Source: Devosia sp.
GTDB taxonomy: Bacteria; Pseudomonadota; Alphaproteobacteria; Rhizobiales; Devosiaceae
Direction: 5' to 3'
Assembly (NCBI GenBank): GCA_049647065.1
Contig: JBARWY010000108.1
Location: 495-64,494 of the forward strand
Length of the DNA stretch: 64,000 nucleotides
Part shown: positions 9,662 to 19,769 of the stretch, in pieces
Position numbering within the stretch: the stretch's first letter is position 1
Layout: the number at the start of each line of letters is the position of its first letter
Notes under the pieces: generated by a model
The model's database searches: none
Seen by the model: only the letters and a program-made list of their open reading frames with translations
What the model was told of the DNA's origin: nothing
Program-made: the position numbers and the translations under genes

Positions 9662-11173
9662 ATGCGGCGCGACCCCAATTTCACCTCCATTCTCACTGGC
9701 TACCGCCGTATCGCCATGGCCGCGGGCGTGCTGGTCGTCTTCGTCGTGCTGGTGCGGCTGCTGGTCTTTTTCGATCTCGTCGGACCCGGGGTCTCCGCGA
9801 TGCTGCCGGCCGGAGGCCTGCTTATCGGACTGGTCCTGCTTGCCATCCTCGCCTGGGGCCATGGCTGGCTCTCGCGTCATCTCAGGAATGTTGCACGCGA
9901 GACCCAGGAAGCGCGGGCAAGCGCGAACCGCGACGCACTGACCGGCGTGTTCACGCGCGCCTACTTTCTCGAAGCGCTCGACATGCATGTGTTCCACGGG
10001 TCGCAGACGCCGGTGGGCTACCTGCAGCTCGACATGGACAATCTCAAGACACTCAATGACAGCGCCGGCCACGCCGCGGGCGACGCCGCGCTGGTGCATT
10101 TGACCAAAGTCATCGCGGAGGTCGTTCCGGGCGCCACGGTGGGGCGGTTGGGCGGCGACGAATTCGGGGTCATGATTGCCGGCCACGACAACAGGGCCGG
10201 TTTGCGCCGACTGGGCGAAGCGCTGTTGCGAGCCCTGGAGCGGCCGGTAAGCATTGCCGGACGGCCGGTGCGGCTCTCCGCCTCGATTGGCGTGGCGTTG
10301 TCGCCGCAGGACGCCGTCGATGCGGTGGATCTGATCTCCAAAGCCGATCTCGCGCTCTACAAGGGCAAGAAGAACGGGGGGCATGCCGTCTTGACCTTCG
10401 ACTCCGACATGCTGGGCGACGAACGGCACAGGCGCTTCGTCGAACGCGACCTGCGCGCGGCTCTACTCATGGAAGAACTGGAACTGCACTACCAGCCCGT
10501 GTTTGGCGCCGACATGGCGATCCGTTCGCATGAGGCGCTGGTGCGCTGGCGCCACCAAGTGCGCGGCATGATCTCTCCGGCCCAGTTCATCCCCATTGCG
10601 GAGGAGAGCGACCTCATCAACAAGCTGGGCGAATGGGTACTGCGCCGCGCCTGCGCGGACCTGCCTGATCTGGGTGGGTTGCCGGTGGCGATCAACGTTT
10701 CGCCGATGCAACTGCGCCATACCGAGTTTGCCCGGCACTTTGCGACCGTTCTGGCCGACACCGGCACCGATCCGCGCCGCATCATCGTCGAAGTCACCGA
10801 GACAGTGCCGCTCAACGCTCGGGGGGTCGAGCTCGACAATATCGTGGCGCTGCGCGCGCTCGGGGTGCGGATCGCCATCGACGATTTCGGAGCTGGGCAT
10901 GCGAGCCTGCAATATCTGCGCGGCTTCGCCTTCGACATCATCAAGATCGACCGGTCCTACGTCGCCAATCTGGGCAGCAGCCGCATCGATGGCATGATCG
11001 TCTCGGCCATCTGCGACATTGCCCGGGCGCTGCCGGTCGAGGTGGTGGGCGAGGGCATCGAGACGCAGGAGCAGTTCGCGCTGCTGCGACAGGCCGGGTG
11101 TACGGGCTTCCAGGGGTTCCTGCTGGGCCGGCCCGCACCATTGTCGAAGTCCGGCGCCGCTGCTGCGGCCTGA
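9662..11173 (+). CDS. membrane-anchored GGDEF-EAL protein (diguanylate cyclase/phosphodiesterase)
   Basis: Two N-terminal TMs. DALTG, RLGGDEF, HEALVRW and DDFGAG motifs. No RxxD I-site. Confidence 0.93.
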   Translation: MRRDPNFTSILTGYRRIAMAAGVLVVFVVLVRLLVFFDLVGPGVSAMLPAGGLLIGLVLLAILAWGHGWLSRHLRNVARETQEARASANRDALTGVFTRAYFLEALDMHVFHGSQTPVGYLQLDMDNLKTLNDSAGHAAGDAALVHLTKVIAEVVPGATVGRLGGDEFGVMIAGHDNRAGLRRLGEALLRALERPVSIAGRPVRLSASIGVALSPQDAVDAVDLISKADLALYKGKKNGGHAVLTFDSDMLGDERHRRFVERDLRAALLMEELELHYQPVFGADMAIRSHEALVRWRHQVRGMISPAQFIPIAEESDLINKLGEWVLRRACADLPDLGGLPVAINVSPMQLRHTEFARHFATVLADTGTDPRRIIVEVTETVPLNARGVELDNIVALRALGVRIAIDDFGAGHASLQYLRGFAFDIIKIDRSYVANLGSSRIDGMIVSAICDIARALPVEVVGEGIETQEQFALLRQAGCTGFQGFLLGRPAPLSKSGAAAAA

Positions 11174-11285
11174 CATTCAGAAGACAGCTTCATGACAGGC
11201 AAGACTTCCGTCATAGTTGCGTCGGGCGTAGCCGCGCGGATATAAGGGACCGGGGAAGCCGTAGGCTGGCATCGGGAGTAGTGAC

Positions 11286-11702
11286 TTGGATTTGAAGCGG
11301 ATCAACGATCACGTCAGTGTTTCGGGGCAGATTCTGCCCGAGGACGTCGCAGCGCTCAAAGCCGCCGGTTTCGTCGCCATCGTCAATAATCGCCCGGACG
11401 GCGAATCGCCTGATCAGCCCGCCGGCGCGGAAATCGAGGCCGCGGCCAAGGCAGCCGGCCTCGAGTATCATGCCATACCCCTTGGCCGTGAAGGGGTTTC
11501 CCCCGACATGGTCGAAAAGACCAAATCCGTGCTCGAGGGGAGCGCGGGTCCGGTCTTCTGCTTCTGCCGTTCGGGGACGCGCTCAACCACGTTGTGGGCG
11601 CTGAGCCAGGCGGGAGAAATGGATGCAGGCGAGATCATTCGCGAGGCGGCGGAAGCCGGCTACGACATGAGCCATCTCGCCGGGCATCTCAGCCGCAGCT
11701 AG
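11286..11702 (+). CDS. TIGR01244/BLH-type phosphatase-like sulfurtransferase
   Basis: NNRPDGESPDQP and CRSGTRS motifs. TTG start after GGAG. Confidence 0.88.
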   Translation: MDLKRINDHVSVSGQILPEDVAALKAAGFVAIVNNRPDGESPDQPAGAEIEAAAKAAGLEYHAIPLGREGVSPDMVEKTKSVLEGSAGPVFCFCRSGTRSTTLWALSQAGEMDAGEIIREAAEAGYDMSHLAGHLSRS

Positions 11703-11807
11703 ATCAAAGTTTTCGACGGTTGGGCGGGCAACCGTCCCTTCTGTTGCCGACCACCTGAGCCGGGCCCGTAACGGGTCCCCAACCCCTCCTGCTCGGACAT
11801 GCAATCG

Positions 11808-14800
11808 ATGCCAATCAAGAAGATCCTCGTCGCCAACAGAAGCGAAATCGCCATTCGCGTGTTCCGCGCCGCCAATGAGCTGGGGCTCAAGACGGTGGCC
11901 GCCTATGCCGAAGAGGACAAGCTGGCGCTGCACCGCTTCAAGGCCGACGAGGCCTATCTGATCGGCAAGGGCAAGGGCCCGGTCGAGGCGTATCTGCAGA
12001 TCGACGAATATATCCGCATTGCCCGCATTTCCGGCGCCGATGCGATCCATCCCGGCTATGGCCTGCTGTCGGAATCGCCCGAGTTCGTCGATGCCTGCGA
12101 GGATGCCGGCATCATCTTCATCGGCCCGCGGGCGCAGACCATGCGCGACCTCGGCAACAAGGTCGCGGCGCGCAACATGGCAATCGCGTCCAATGTGCCG
12201 GTGGTACCCGCGACCGATGCGCTGCCTGACGATCCGGAACAGATCAAGAAGCTGGCGGCCGAGATCGGCTATCCGCTGATGCTCAAGGCGAGCTGGGGCG
12301 GCGGCGGGCGTGGCATGCGCCGCATCATGGACGAAAGCACACTGATTGCCGAAGTATCGGAAGGCAAGCGCGAGGCCAAGGCGGCGTTCGGCAAGGACGA
12401 GATGTATCTCGAAAAGCTGATCGAGCGCGCGCGCCATGTCGAGGTGCAGCTGATCGGCGACGATCATGGCAACCTGGTGCATCTTTATGAACGCGACTGC
12501 TCGGTCCAGCGCCGCAACCAGAAGGTGGTCGAGCGGGCGCCCGCGCCATACCTCGACGACAAGGTGCGCAAGGAGCTGACCGACGCGGCCGTCCGGCTCG
12601 GCAATGCCGCCAGCTATCGCGGTGCCGGCACGGTCGAATTCCTGATGGATGCCGATACCGACAAGTTCTACTTCATCGAAGTGAACCCGCGCATCCAGGT
12701 GGAGCATACCGTCACCGAGGAAGTGACCGGCATCGACATCGTCAAGGCGCAGATTCATCTGCTCGACGGCGCGGTAATAGGTACGCCCGAATCCGGCGTG
12801 CCGCTGCAGGAAGACATCCATCTCAACGGCAATGCCATCCAGTGTCGGGTGACGACGGAAGATCCCGAACAGAACTTCATTCCCGACTATGGCCGCATCA
12901 CCGCCTATCGCGGCGCCACCGGTTTTGGGGTGCGGCTCGATGGCGGCACGGCCTATGCTGGCGCTGTCATCACCCGCTACTACGATCCACTGCTGGAGAA
13001 AGTCACCTGCTGGGCGCCGTCCGCCGAGGAGGCGATTGCCCGCATGCACCGCGCTTTGCGCGAGTTCCGCATCCGTGGCGTCTCGACCAATCTGGCATTC
13101 CTCGAAAACATCATCACCCACCCCGACTTCGTCGAGAACCGCTACACGACGCGCTTCATCGATACGACACCGGAGCTGTTCAACTTCAAGCCACGCAAGG
13201 ACCGCGCGACCAAGCTCCTGAGCTACATCGCCGACGTGACGGTCAACGGGCATCCCGAAGTGCGCGACCGGCCGCGGCCGCCGGCCGAGGCCGCGGCACC
13301 GATCGTGCCGGAATTCCCGGCCCTCGGGATGGTCGATGGCAGCCGGCAGATTCTGGATCGTGAGGGTCCGGTGGCGCTTGCCAGGTGGATGAAGAAGCAG
13401 AGCCGGGTGCTGTTTACCGACACCACCATGCGCGACGCGCATCAGAGCCTGCTCGCGACGCGCATGCGGAGTTTCGACATCACCCGCATCGCCCAGGCCT
13501 ATAGCCGGGGCCTGCCCAACCTGTTCAGTCTTGAATGCTGGGGCGGGGCGACGTTCGACGTCTCGATGCGCTTCCTCAACGAGGATCCGTGGGAGCGCCT
13601 GGCCAAGGTGCGCGAGGGTGCGCCCAATATCCTGACCCAGATGCTGCTGCGCGGCAGCAACGGCGTCGGCTACACCAACTATGCCGACAATGTCGTCAAG
13701 TTCTTCGTCAAGCAGGCGGCGGCGGGCGGGGTCGACGTGTTCCGCGTGTTCGATTGCCTCAACTGGGTCGAGAACATGCGCGTGTCGCTCGATGCTGTCA
13801 TCGAGGAGGGCAAGGTCGCCGAGGGCGTCATCTGCTATACCGGCGACCTGTTCGACCCGGACCGGGCCAAGTATGACCTCAAATATTACGTCGGGCTGGC
13901 GCAGGAGCTCGAAAAGGCTGGTGCGCATGTGCTGGGCCTCAAGGATATGGCGGGGCTGCTGAAGCCTGCTGCCGCCAAGAAGCTGATCTCGACCTTGCGC
14001 AACGAGACCGACCTGCCGATCCACCTCCATACCCACGACACGTCGGGCGCTGCCTCGGCCACGGTGCTGGCGGCGGTGAAGGCGGGTGTCGATGCGATCG
14101 ACGCGGCGATGGATGCGCTGAGCGGCACGACCAGCCAGCCGACGCTGGGTTCGATCGTCGCGGCGCTGGCCGGCGGCGAGCGCGATCCTGGTCTGGACGC
14201 CAAGGCGATCCGCCAGATTTCGTTCTACTGGGAAGCGGTGCGCACGCAGTATCGCGCCTTCGAAAGCGATCTCAAGGGCGGTGCTTCGGAGGTGTACCTG
14301 CATGAAATGCCGGGAGGCCAGTTCACCAATCTCAAGGAACAGGCGCGTTCGCTGGGTCTCGAGACCCGCTGGCACGAGGTCGCGCAAACCTATGCCGACG
14401 TCAACCAGATGTTCGGCGATATCGTCAAGGTGACGCCGAGCTCGAAGGTGGTCGGCGACATGGCGCTGGCCATGGTGTCCGCGGGGCTCAGCAGGGCCGA
14501 TGTCGAGGACCCGAACAAGGATATCGCCTTTCCCGACTCGGTGGTCGGCTTCTTTGCCGGTGACCTGGGCCAGCCGCCGGGCGGTTTCCCCAAGGCGCTG
14601 CAGAAGAAGGTGCTCAAGGGCAAGACGCCGCTGACCGAGCGGCCCGGCTCCTATCTCAAGCCCGTCGACCTCGAGGCCGAGCGCAAGAAGATCGCCGACG
14701 AGGTGGGCCACGAGATCGACGATCTGCGGCTGGCCTCGTATCTCATGTATCCCAAGGTCTATTCGGATTTCGAAAAGACCCAGGAGCGCTACGGCCCCAC

Positions 14801-15248
14801 CGAAGTGCTGCCGACGCCGGTCTATTTCTACGGCCTCTCTGAAGGCGACGAACTGTTCGTCGACATCGAGAAGGGCAAGACGCTGGTGTTGCAATATCTC
14901 GGTCGCGCCCCGACCAACGAAAAGGGTGAGGTTCGCGTGTTCTTCGACCTCAACGGGCAGCCGCGCACGATCCTCGTGCCGGATCGGCTCAAGGTCGGCG
15001 AGGTCAAGGTTAGGGCCAAGGCGGCTTTGGGCGATCCCAAGCAGGTCGGCGCGCCGATGCCGGGGGTGATCTCGACGCTCAACGTCAAGGAAGGCCAGAA
15101 GGTCGCCGCCGGGGACGTGCTGTGTTCGATCGAGGCGATGAAGATGGAAACCGCGCTGCATGCGGAAGCGGACGGCGTGATCGCGGAACTGCTGATCAAG
15201 CCGGGCGATCAGATCGATGCCAAGGATCTACTGGTCAGGTTTGAATAG
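11808..15248 (+). CDS. pyc: pyruvate carboxylase (alternative start 11799)
   Basis: Biotin carboxylase ANRSEIAIR, carboxyltransferase RDAHQSLLATR, HEMPGGQ, biotinyl EAMKME. Confidence 0.98.
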   Translation: MPIKKILVANRSEIAIRVFRAANELGLKTVAAYAEEDKLALHRFKADEAYLIGKGKGPVEAYLQIDEYIRIARISGADAIHPGYGLLSESPEFVDACEDAGIIFIGPRAQTMRDLGNKVAARNMAIASNVPVVPATDALPDDPEQIKKLAAEIGYPLMLKASWGGGGRGMRRIMDESTLIAEVSEGKREAKAAFGKDEMYLEKLIERARHVEVQLIGDDHGNLVHLYERDCSVQRRNQKVVERAPAPYLDDKVRKELTDAAVRLGNAASYRGAGTVEFLMDADTDKFYFIEVNPRIQVEHTVTEEVTGIDIVKAQIHLLDGAVIGTPESGVPLQEDIHLNGNAIQCRVTTEDPEQNFIPDYGRITAYRGATGFGVRLDGGTAYAGAVITRYYDPLLEKVTCWAPSAEEAIARMHRALREFRIRGVSTNLAFLENIITHPDFVENRYTTRFIDTTPELFNFKPRKDRATKLLSYIADVTVNGHPEVRDRPRPPAEAAAPIVPEFPALGMVDGSRQILDREGPVALARWMKKQSRVLFTDTTMRDAHQSLLATRMRSFDITRIAQAYSRGLPNLFSLECWGGATFDVSMRFLNEDPWERLAKVREGAPNILTQMLLRGSNGVGYTNYADNVVKFFVKQAAAGGVDVFRVFDCLNWVENMRVSLDAVIEEGKVAEGVICYTGDLFDPDRAKYDLKYYVGLAQELEKAGAHVLGLKDMAGLLKPAAAKKLISTLRNETDLPIHLHTHDTSGAASATVLAAVKAGVDAIDAAMDALSGTTSQPTLGSIVAALAGGERDPGLDAKAIRQISFYWEAVRTQYRAFESDLKGGASEVYLHEMPGGQFTNLKEQARSLGLETRWHEVAQTYADVNQMFGDIVKVTPSSKVVGDMALAMVSAGLSRADVEDPNKDIAFPDSVVGFFAGDLGQPPGGFPKALQKKVLKGKTPLTERPGSYLKPVDLEAERKKIADEVGHEIDDLRLASYLMYPKVYSDFEKTQERYGPTEVLPTPVYFYGLSEGDELFVDIEKGKTLVLQYLGRAPTNEKGEVRVFFDLNGQPRTILVPDRLKVGEVKVRAKAALGDPKQVGAPMPGVISTLNVKEGQKVAAGDVLCSIEAMKMETALHAEADGVIAELLIKPGDQIDAKDLLVRFE

Positions 15249-15249
15249 G

Positions 15250-15277
15250 AAAAGGCCCGGGGAACCGGGCCTTTTTT
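15250..15277. terminator. bidirectional rho-independent terminator
   Basis: AAAAGGCCCGG-GGAA-CCGGGCCTTTTTT between convergent genes. Confidence 0.9.
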
Positions 15278-15305
15278 ATTCCGCCATTTCGAGTGCCACT
15301 CAGGC

Positions 15306-15608
15306 CTAAAGGCGCCTCGCCCGCCCGTCGATCGTCTGCTCGTTACGCTCGCGGTGGTCGGCTTTCACCTTCACCGGCAGGCGACTGACGATCCAGCTGA
15401 CCATCAGCGGCACCAGGACCAAGTCATCGACCCAGCCCAGGAACGGGATGACATCAGGGATGATGTCGAGCGGATTGATCAGGTAAAAGGCGACGAACAG
15501 CGTCGCGGCCTTGAGATAGAAGGGGGTCTCGGGCGCAAAGAAAGCCTTCCAGAGCTGGACGACTTCCTTGCGGAAGAGGACGAGGCGGGGGAGGAGCATC
15601 TTGAACAT
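15306..15608 (-). CDS. YkvA/DUF1232 membrane protein
   Basis: YLINPLDIIPDVIPFLGWVDD. Confidence 0.9.
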   Translation of the reverse strand: MFKMLLPRLVLFRKEVVQLWKAFFAPETPFYLKAATLFVAFYLINPLDIIPDVIPFLGWVDDLVLVPLMVSWIVSRLPVKVKADHRERNEQTIDGRARRL

Positions 15609-15682
15609 GCTATGTAAATGGTCCCCGGCCGGGATGGTTCAAGGCCGGGGCGATCACATTCTCGATTGGCGGGTCCATCGTT

Positions 15683-15705
15683 CCCTCGCCCCTCAGGGGA
15701 GCGGG
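15683..15705. repeat. degenerate REP-like hairpin
   Basis: CCCTCGCCCCTCAGGGGAGCGGG, similar to the 4670-4693 and 56763-56785 copies. Confidence 0.5.
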
Positions 15706-15734
15706 TAGCGACGCCGGGAGCACAGCTCAGCTCT

Positions 15735-16697
15735 TTACCTCAATGTGTCGATGCTCGGCCAGCCGTCTTCCCACGCGATCGGCGTGAGGTAGAGATTGGG
15801 CGTGCCGCCCTGCATCTGGTTGTAGAAGTGGAACACCAGCCAGGGCTCGCCGTCGCGCATGAACACTTCCTGACCGCCGGGGCCGATGAAGCGACCCTGC
15901 TTGCTCACCAGTTCGGTGCCGCCGCCCTCGAGGAGCGGCTTGCCGTCCTGGTCGAGATAGGGGCCGGTGATGGTGTCGGCGCGGCCGACCATGATGCGGT
16001 AATCGGAGGCGATGCCGCGGCAGCAATGATCGAAGGAAACGAAGAGGTAGAACTGGCCCTCATGCTCGAGGATGGCTGGGGCCTCGATGGCGTCGCCATT
16101 GCGTGAAGCGATTAAGCTGGTTTTGGCGCCGTCGAGCGGCATGCCGCTGGCCGGATCGATCTCGACCAGCCTGATGCCCTGCCAGTAGGAACCATAGGCC
16201 AGAAAGGCCTGGTCGCCGGTGTCGATACGGAAGGGGTCAATGGCGTTGAAGTTATCGCCCTCGCGAGAGCGAATGACGAGGCCATGGTCCTCCCAGCCGG
16301 CGGTGGGGTCCGACGCCTTGAGGTCGTCATTGGTCATGAGACCGATGACACTGTCATTTTTCCCGAAGCTCGAGACCGAATAATACATGTAGTGGATGCC
16401 GTCATGCTCGGTCACCGAAGGCGCCCAGATGTTCTTGGGCGTGAAGCCGAACTCGGTGATGACCCATTGGGGCATTTTTCCGGGGATGGCGCCGGCCTCC
16501 TGCCAGTCAATGCCGTCGGGCGAGGTCTTGGTGCGGATCTGGCCGCCGTCGCGCGAGCCCTCCACGCCAGTGGCGAAGGAGGCGAAGCCGTCATCCAGCA
16601 CCGCGATGGTCGGATCGTGGATGGCGATATTGCCGGTCAGCGGCTGGGCCAGTGCTGGGGTGGCCAGCAAGGTCAGAAGCAGCACAATCGTTCGCAT
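15735..16697 (-). CDS. GH43 glycoside hydrolase (arabinan endo-1,5-alpha-L-arabinosidase-like), exported
   Basis: Signal peptide. IHDP, IWAP, NAIDP, IEAP, CCRG..SDY and GPGGQ motifs. Confidence 0.9.
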   Translation of the reverse strand: MRTIVLLLTLLATPALAQPLTGNIAIHDPTIAVLDDGFASFATGVEGSRDGGQIRTKTSPDGIDWQEAGAIPGKMPQWVITEFGFTPKNIWAPSVTEHDGIHYMYYSVSSFGKNDSVIGLMTNDDLKASDPTAGWEDHGLVIRSREGDNFNAIDPFRIDTGDQAFLAYGSYWQGIRLVEIDPASGMPLDGAKTSLIASRNGDAIEAPAILEHEGQFYLFVSFDHCCRGIASDYRIMVGRADTITGPYLDQDGKPLLEGGGTELVSKQGRFIGPGGQEVFMRDGEPWLVFHFYNQMQGGTPNLYLTPIAWEDGWPSIDTLR

Positions 16698-16906
16698 CAG
16701 GTTAGTCCTCCTCGGTCACGCAGCAGTTTGACGATCGCCATGGCATGACCATGGCCAAGCCCGTATTCGGCCTTGAGCCAGTCGGTGATCGGCGTCGCCT
16801 TGGTGCCCGGCGCGGTAAAGCCCTTGTCGGACGCCAGCTTGATGAAGCCGTCAGGCGTCACGCCGGTCTGCTTTTCGATATTGTCGAGATAGGCCTGGAA
16901 GGACAT
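16697..16906 (-). CDS. DUF4287 family small protein
   Basis: [15 protein letters not shown]...[15 protein letters not shown]. Its TGA overlaps the GH43 ATG. Confidence 0.88.
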   Translation of the reverse strand: MSFQAYLDNIEKQTGVTPDGFIKLASDKGFTAPGTKATPITDWLKAEYGLGHGHAMAIVKLLRDRGGLT

Positions 16907-17029
16907 TTCTGGGCTCCTTGTGTCTTCCATGGAACGACGAGCCGGGCCGCGTCCGTTCGACACAATCGAGAAACATTGCGTCTCTATCGTAGCAGGCTTA
17001 TTTCTCCCTCAGAACCAGAGGATGAATTG

Positions 17030-18271
17030 ATGGCTGGCCCGGCAATGCGCAGGCAATCGGTTGGAGTTGACGTCGGCGGAGTGCTGGTGGGCGGCGGGGC
17101 GCCCGTCGTCGTGCAGTCGATGACCAATACCGATACCGCCGACATCGACGCGACAGTAAAGCAGGTCATGCAGCTGGCGCGGGCCGGGTCGGAAATCGTG
17201 CGCATCACGGTCGATCGCGACGAATCCGCCGCAGCGGTTCCCATCATCCGCGACCGGCTGGCCTTCATGGGCTATGACGTGCCGCTGGTGGGGGACTTCC
17301 ACTATATCGGCCACAAGCTGCTCACGGATCACCCCGCTTGTGCCGAGGCGTTGGCCAAGTACCGCATCAATCCGGGCAATGTGGGCTTCAAGGCCAAGCG
17401 CGACACACAGTTCTCGACGCTGATCGATATTGCCAACCGCAACAACAAGCCGGTGCGGATCGGGGTGAACTGGGGATCGCTCGACGAGGAGCTTCTCACC
17501 AAGCTGATGGACGAGAACGCGGCTTCCGCGGCGCCGATCTCGGCGGCGGCGGTGCAGCGCGAGGCGATCATCCAGTCGGCGCTGCTATCGGCGCGTCGGG
17601 CCGAAGAGCTGGGCATGGGCCGCGACAAGATCATCCTCTCGACAAAGGTGTCGGACGTGCAGCACCTGATCGCGGTCTATCAGGACCTCGCGGCGCGTTG
17701 TGACTATGCGCTGCATCTGGGGCTCACCGAAGCGGGCATGGGCACCAAGGGCGTAGTGGCGTCTTCGGCCGCGCTGGGTATCCTGTTGCAGCAGGGCATC
17801 GGCGACACGATCCGCATTTCGCTGACGCCCGAGCCGGGTGGCGACCGCACCACCGAGGTCAAGGTGGCGCAGGAACTGCTGCAGACCATGGGTTTCCGCC
17901 AGTTCCTGCCTGTAGTGGCCGCCTGCCCGGGTTGTGGGCGGACGACGTCGAACACATTCCAGCACCTAGCCAAGGATATCCAGGACCACCTCTCGGCCTC
18001 GATGCCGGAATGGAAAGAGCGCTATCCCGGCGTCGAGACGCTGTCGGTGGCTGTGATGGGCTGCATCGTCAACGGACCGGGCGAAAGCAAGCATGCCAAT
18101 ATCGGCATCTCGCTGCCGGGCACGGGCGAGACGCCGGCCGCGCCGGTGTTTGTCGACGGGCAGAAGGTCGCAACCTTGCGCGGCGCCGATGTGGCCGACC
18201 AGTTCAAGGTGATGGTGGCGGACTATATCGAGCGCAAGTTCGGCAATGGGCAGAAGACGGCGGCGGAATAG
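17030..18271 (+). CDS. ispG: (E)-4-hydroxy-3-methylbut-2-enyl-diphosphate synthase
   Basis: [40 protein letters not shown]. Confidence 0.97.
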   Translation: MAGPAMRRQSVGVDVGGVLVGGGAPVVVQSMTNTDTADIDATVKQVMQLARAGSEIVRITVDRDESAAAVPIIRDRLAFMGYDVPLVGDFHYIGHKLLTDHPACAEALAKYRINPGNVGFKAKRDTQFSTLIDIANRNNKPVRIGVNWGSLDEELLTKLMDENAASAAPISAAAVQREAIIQSALLSARRAEELGMGRDKIILSTKVSDVQHLIAVYQDLAARCDYALHLGLTEAGMGTKGVVASSAALGILLQQGIGDTIRISLTPEPGGDRTTEVKVAQELLQTMGFRQFLPVVAACPGCGRTTSNTFQHLAKDIQDHLSASMPEWKERYPGVETLSVAVMGCIVNGPGESKHANIGISLPGTGETPAAPVFVDGQKVATLRGADVADQFKVMVADYIERKFGNGQKTAAE

Positions 18272-18278
18272 GCGCCTG

Positions 18279-18596
18279 TTACTCGACGGCTTCGACTGGC
18301 GTCACCGTCACTTCCAGCTCACCACCGATTTCGACCGCCTTGGTTTGCTTGTCGAATACACAGATGATGCTCGAGGTGAGGCCGGCCGGATTGTCACCGG
18401 TCACGATGGCGAGGCCATAGCTCTCGCTGCCGAATGGATCGACGATGACCTGAGCATTGGTCACGAAATCGGCCGATGCCGTGAGGCATGCCTGCTCGAC
18501 TTCGGCGGCAAACTCGGCCCAGGCGTCGTCGGACGATGCGTGGGCGGCGCTGGCGGCAAGCAGGGTCAATCCCAGGGCGGCAAACTGTTTCAGCAT
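18279..18596 (-). CDS. small exported hypothetical protein (two Cys)
   Basis: Signal peptide MLKQFAALGLTLLAASAAHA, then ASSDDAW...C...DPFGSESYG...CVFDK. Confidence 0.75.
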   Translation of the reverse strand: MLKQFAALGLTLLAASAAHASSDDAWAEFAAEVEQACLTASADFVTNAQVIVDPFGSESYGLAIVTGDNPAGLTSSIICVFDKQTKAVEIGGELEVTVTPVEAVE

Positions 18597-18640
18597 TGGT
18601 GTTTCCAGATTGAATGTTGAAGCGGGTGGTCGCCTGCGCG

Positions 18641-19126
18641 CTATTGCTCTTCGGCAGGCGCATTCGGGGGAACGCAGGCATCGACCCATTTGTTGCCGCA
18701 GAGATCGGCGAGGCGCTGGACGCTGACGCGGACCGAAGCATGGGTATCGCCGCCAGCCGGGATCATCACGTCATAGACCTTGATCGAGACGTCGAGATAG
18801 ATCGGCAGCGGTGCGGGCAGGCCGAAGGGGCAGACGCCGCCGACCTGGTGGCTGGTGAGGCGCAGCACGTCCTCGGCACCCAGCATGCGCGGACGGCCGC
18901 CGAAGGCGGATTTGGATTTCTGGTTGTCGAGGCGGGCATCGCCGCGCGTCACCAGCAGGAATTCCTCGTCCCGGACGCGGATGCAGAGGGTCTTGGCAAT
19001 CTGGCCGGGCTCGACGCCGTGGACGTCGGCGGCAAGCTGCACGGTGGCGGTCGAGGCGTCGGTGACTTCCACGGCAAGGTCGGGCGCGCGTGCGGCTAGG
19101 TCGGCTTGGACGGATTGAAGGCTCAT
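18641..19126 (-). CDS. YbaK/EbsC (ProXp) aminoacyl-tRNA deacylase family
   Basis: QIAKTL and GGVCPFG motifs. Confidence 0.9.
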   Translation of the reverse strand: MSLQSVQADLAARAPDLAVEVTDASTATVQLAADVHGVEPGQIAKTLCIRVRDEEFLLVTRGDARLDNQKSKSAFGGRPRMLGAEDVLRLTSHQVGGVCPFGLPAPLPIYLDVSIKVYDVMIPAGGDTHASVRVSVQRLADLCGNKWVDACVPPNAPAEEQ

Positions 19127-19133
19127 CGGGCTC

Positions 19134-19766
19134 TCAGAACAGGTCGGCGAGGCGGGTTTCGTATTTGAAGCGCGTCTTCTCGCGGATGGGCGTGGCGAGG
19201 GCGCGGCGCATGAAGGCGGGATCGATATCCTTGACGCCATCGAGCGCCATGAGGTCGCTGACGGTCACCCGCTCCCCGGCATAGGGCAGGTAGTCGATTG
19301 CCATGCCGGCCTCGACGATGCCTGATGTCAGCACGCGGCAATAGGCACCGGGGCGGTTGGCGCGGTGGAATTTCCTGACCCACATCGGATCGCCCATGCG
19401 GGCGGCGAAGGTCATGCAGGGCGTGCGGTGGTAGGTGACTTCGAGCAGGACGGGCCCGATGGCGAAGCGGTCGCCAATGGCGACGTTGCGGCCCTCGATG
19501 CCTGAAAGGGTGAGGTTTTCGCCGAAGCTGCCGGGCTCGATGCTTTTGTTCAGCTCATTGGCCCACCAGAGATAGTCGTCGGCGAAATAGACATAGATGG
19601 CCTGGTCGGCGCCGCCATGATGCTTCCTGTCACAGATCGCATCGCCCGCCATGCCCAGCCGGTCGATTTCGGCGCCGGCGACGGGCTCTTTGACGATTCC
19701 GGTTAGCGGCTTGTAGCCGACAATGTGCTGCGCGGTGCCGACATTGACGCTGAGGAGGCTGGGCAT
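19134..19766 (-). CDS. MOSC domain protein (YiiM-like)
   Basis: HHGGADQAIY, GSFGENL, RTPC, RPGAYCRVL. Confidence 0.9.
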   Translation of the reverse strand: MPSLLSVNVGTAQHIVGYKPLTGIVKEPVAGAEIDRLGMAGDAICDRKHHGGADQAIYVYFADDYLWWANELNKSIEPGSFGENLTLSGIEGRNVAIGDRFAIGPVLLEVTYHRTPCMTFAARMGDPMWVRKFHRANRPGAYCRVLTSGIVEAGMAIDYLPYAGERVTVSDLMALDGVKDIDPAFMRRALATPIREKTRFKYETRLADLF

Positions 19767-19769
19767 GGC

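Noticed and set aside
11583..15161. 1192-aa ORF antisense to pyc, and similar long shadow ORFs (e.g. 6962-8350, 36898-38262, 57227-58624, 61639-63573)
   Set aside because: They mirror well-conserved genes, have no motifs, and are expected from high-GC codon bias that depletes stops on the opposite strand.
16745..17029. Long N-terminal extension of ispG in the ORF track (likewise the extended starts of LivM, mtgA, DUF2125, the cpdR-like gene, omp and PduO)
   Set aside because: The extensions overlap neighbouring real genes, and family motifs and RBS begin at the downstream starts I used.
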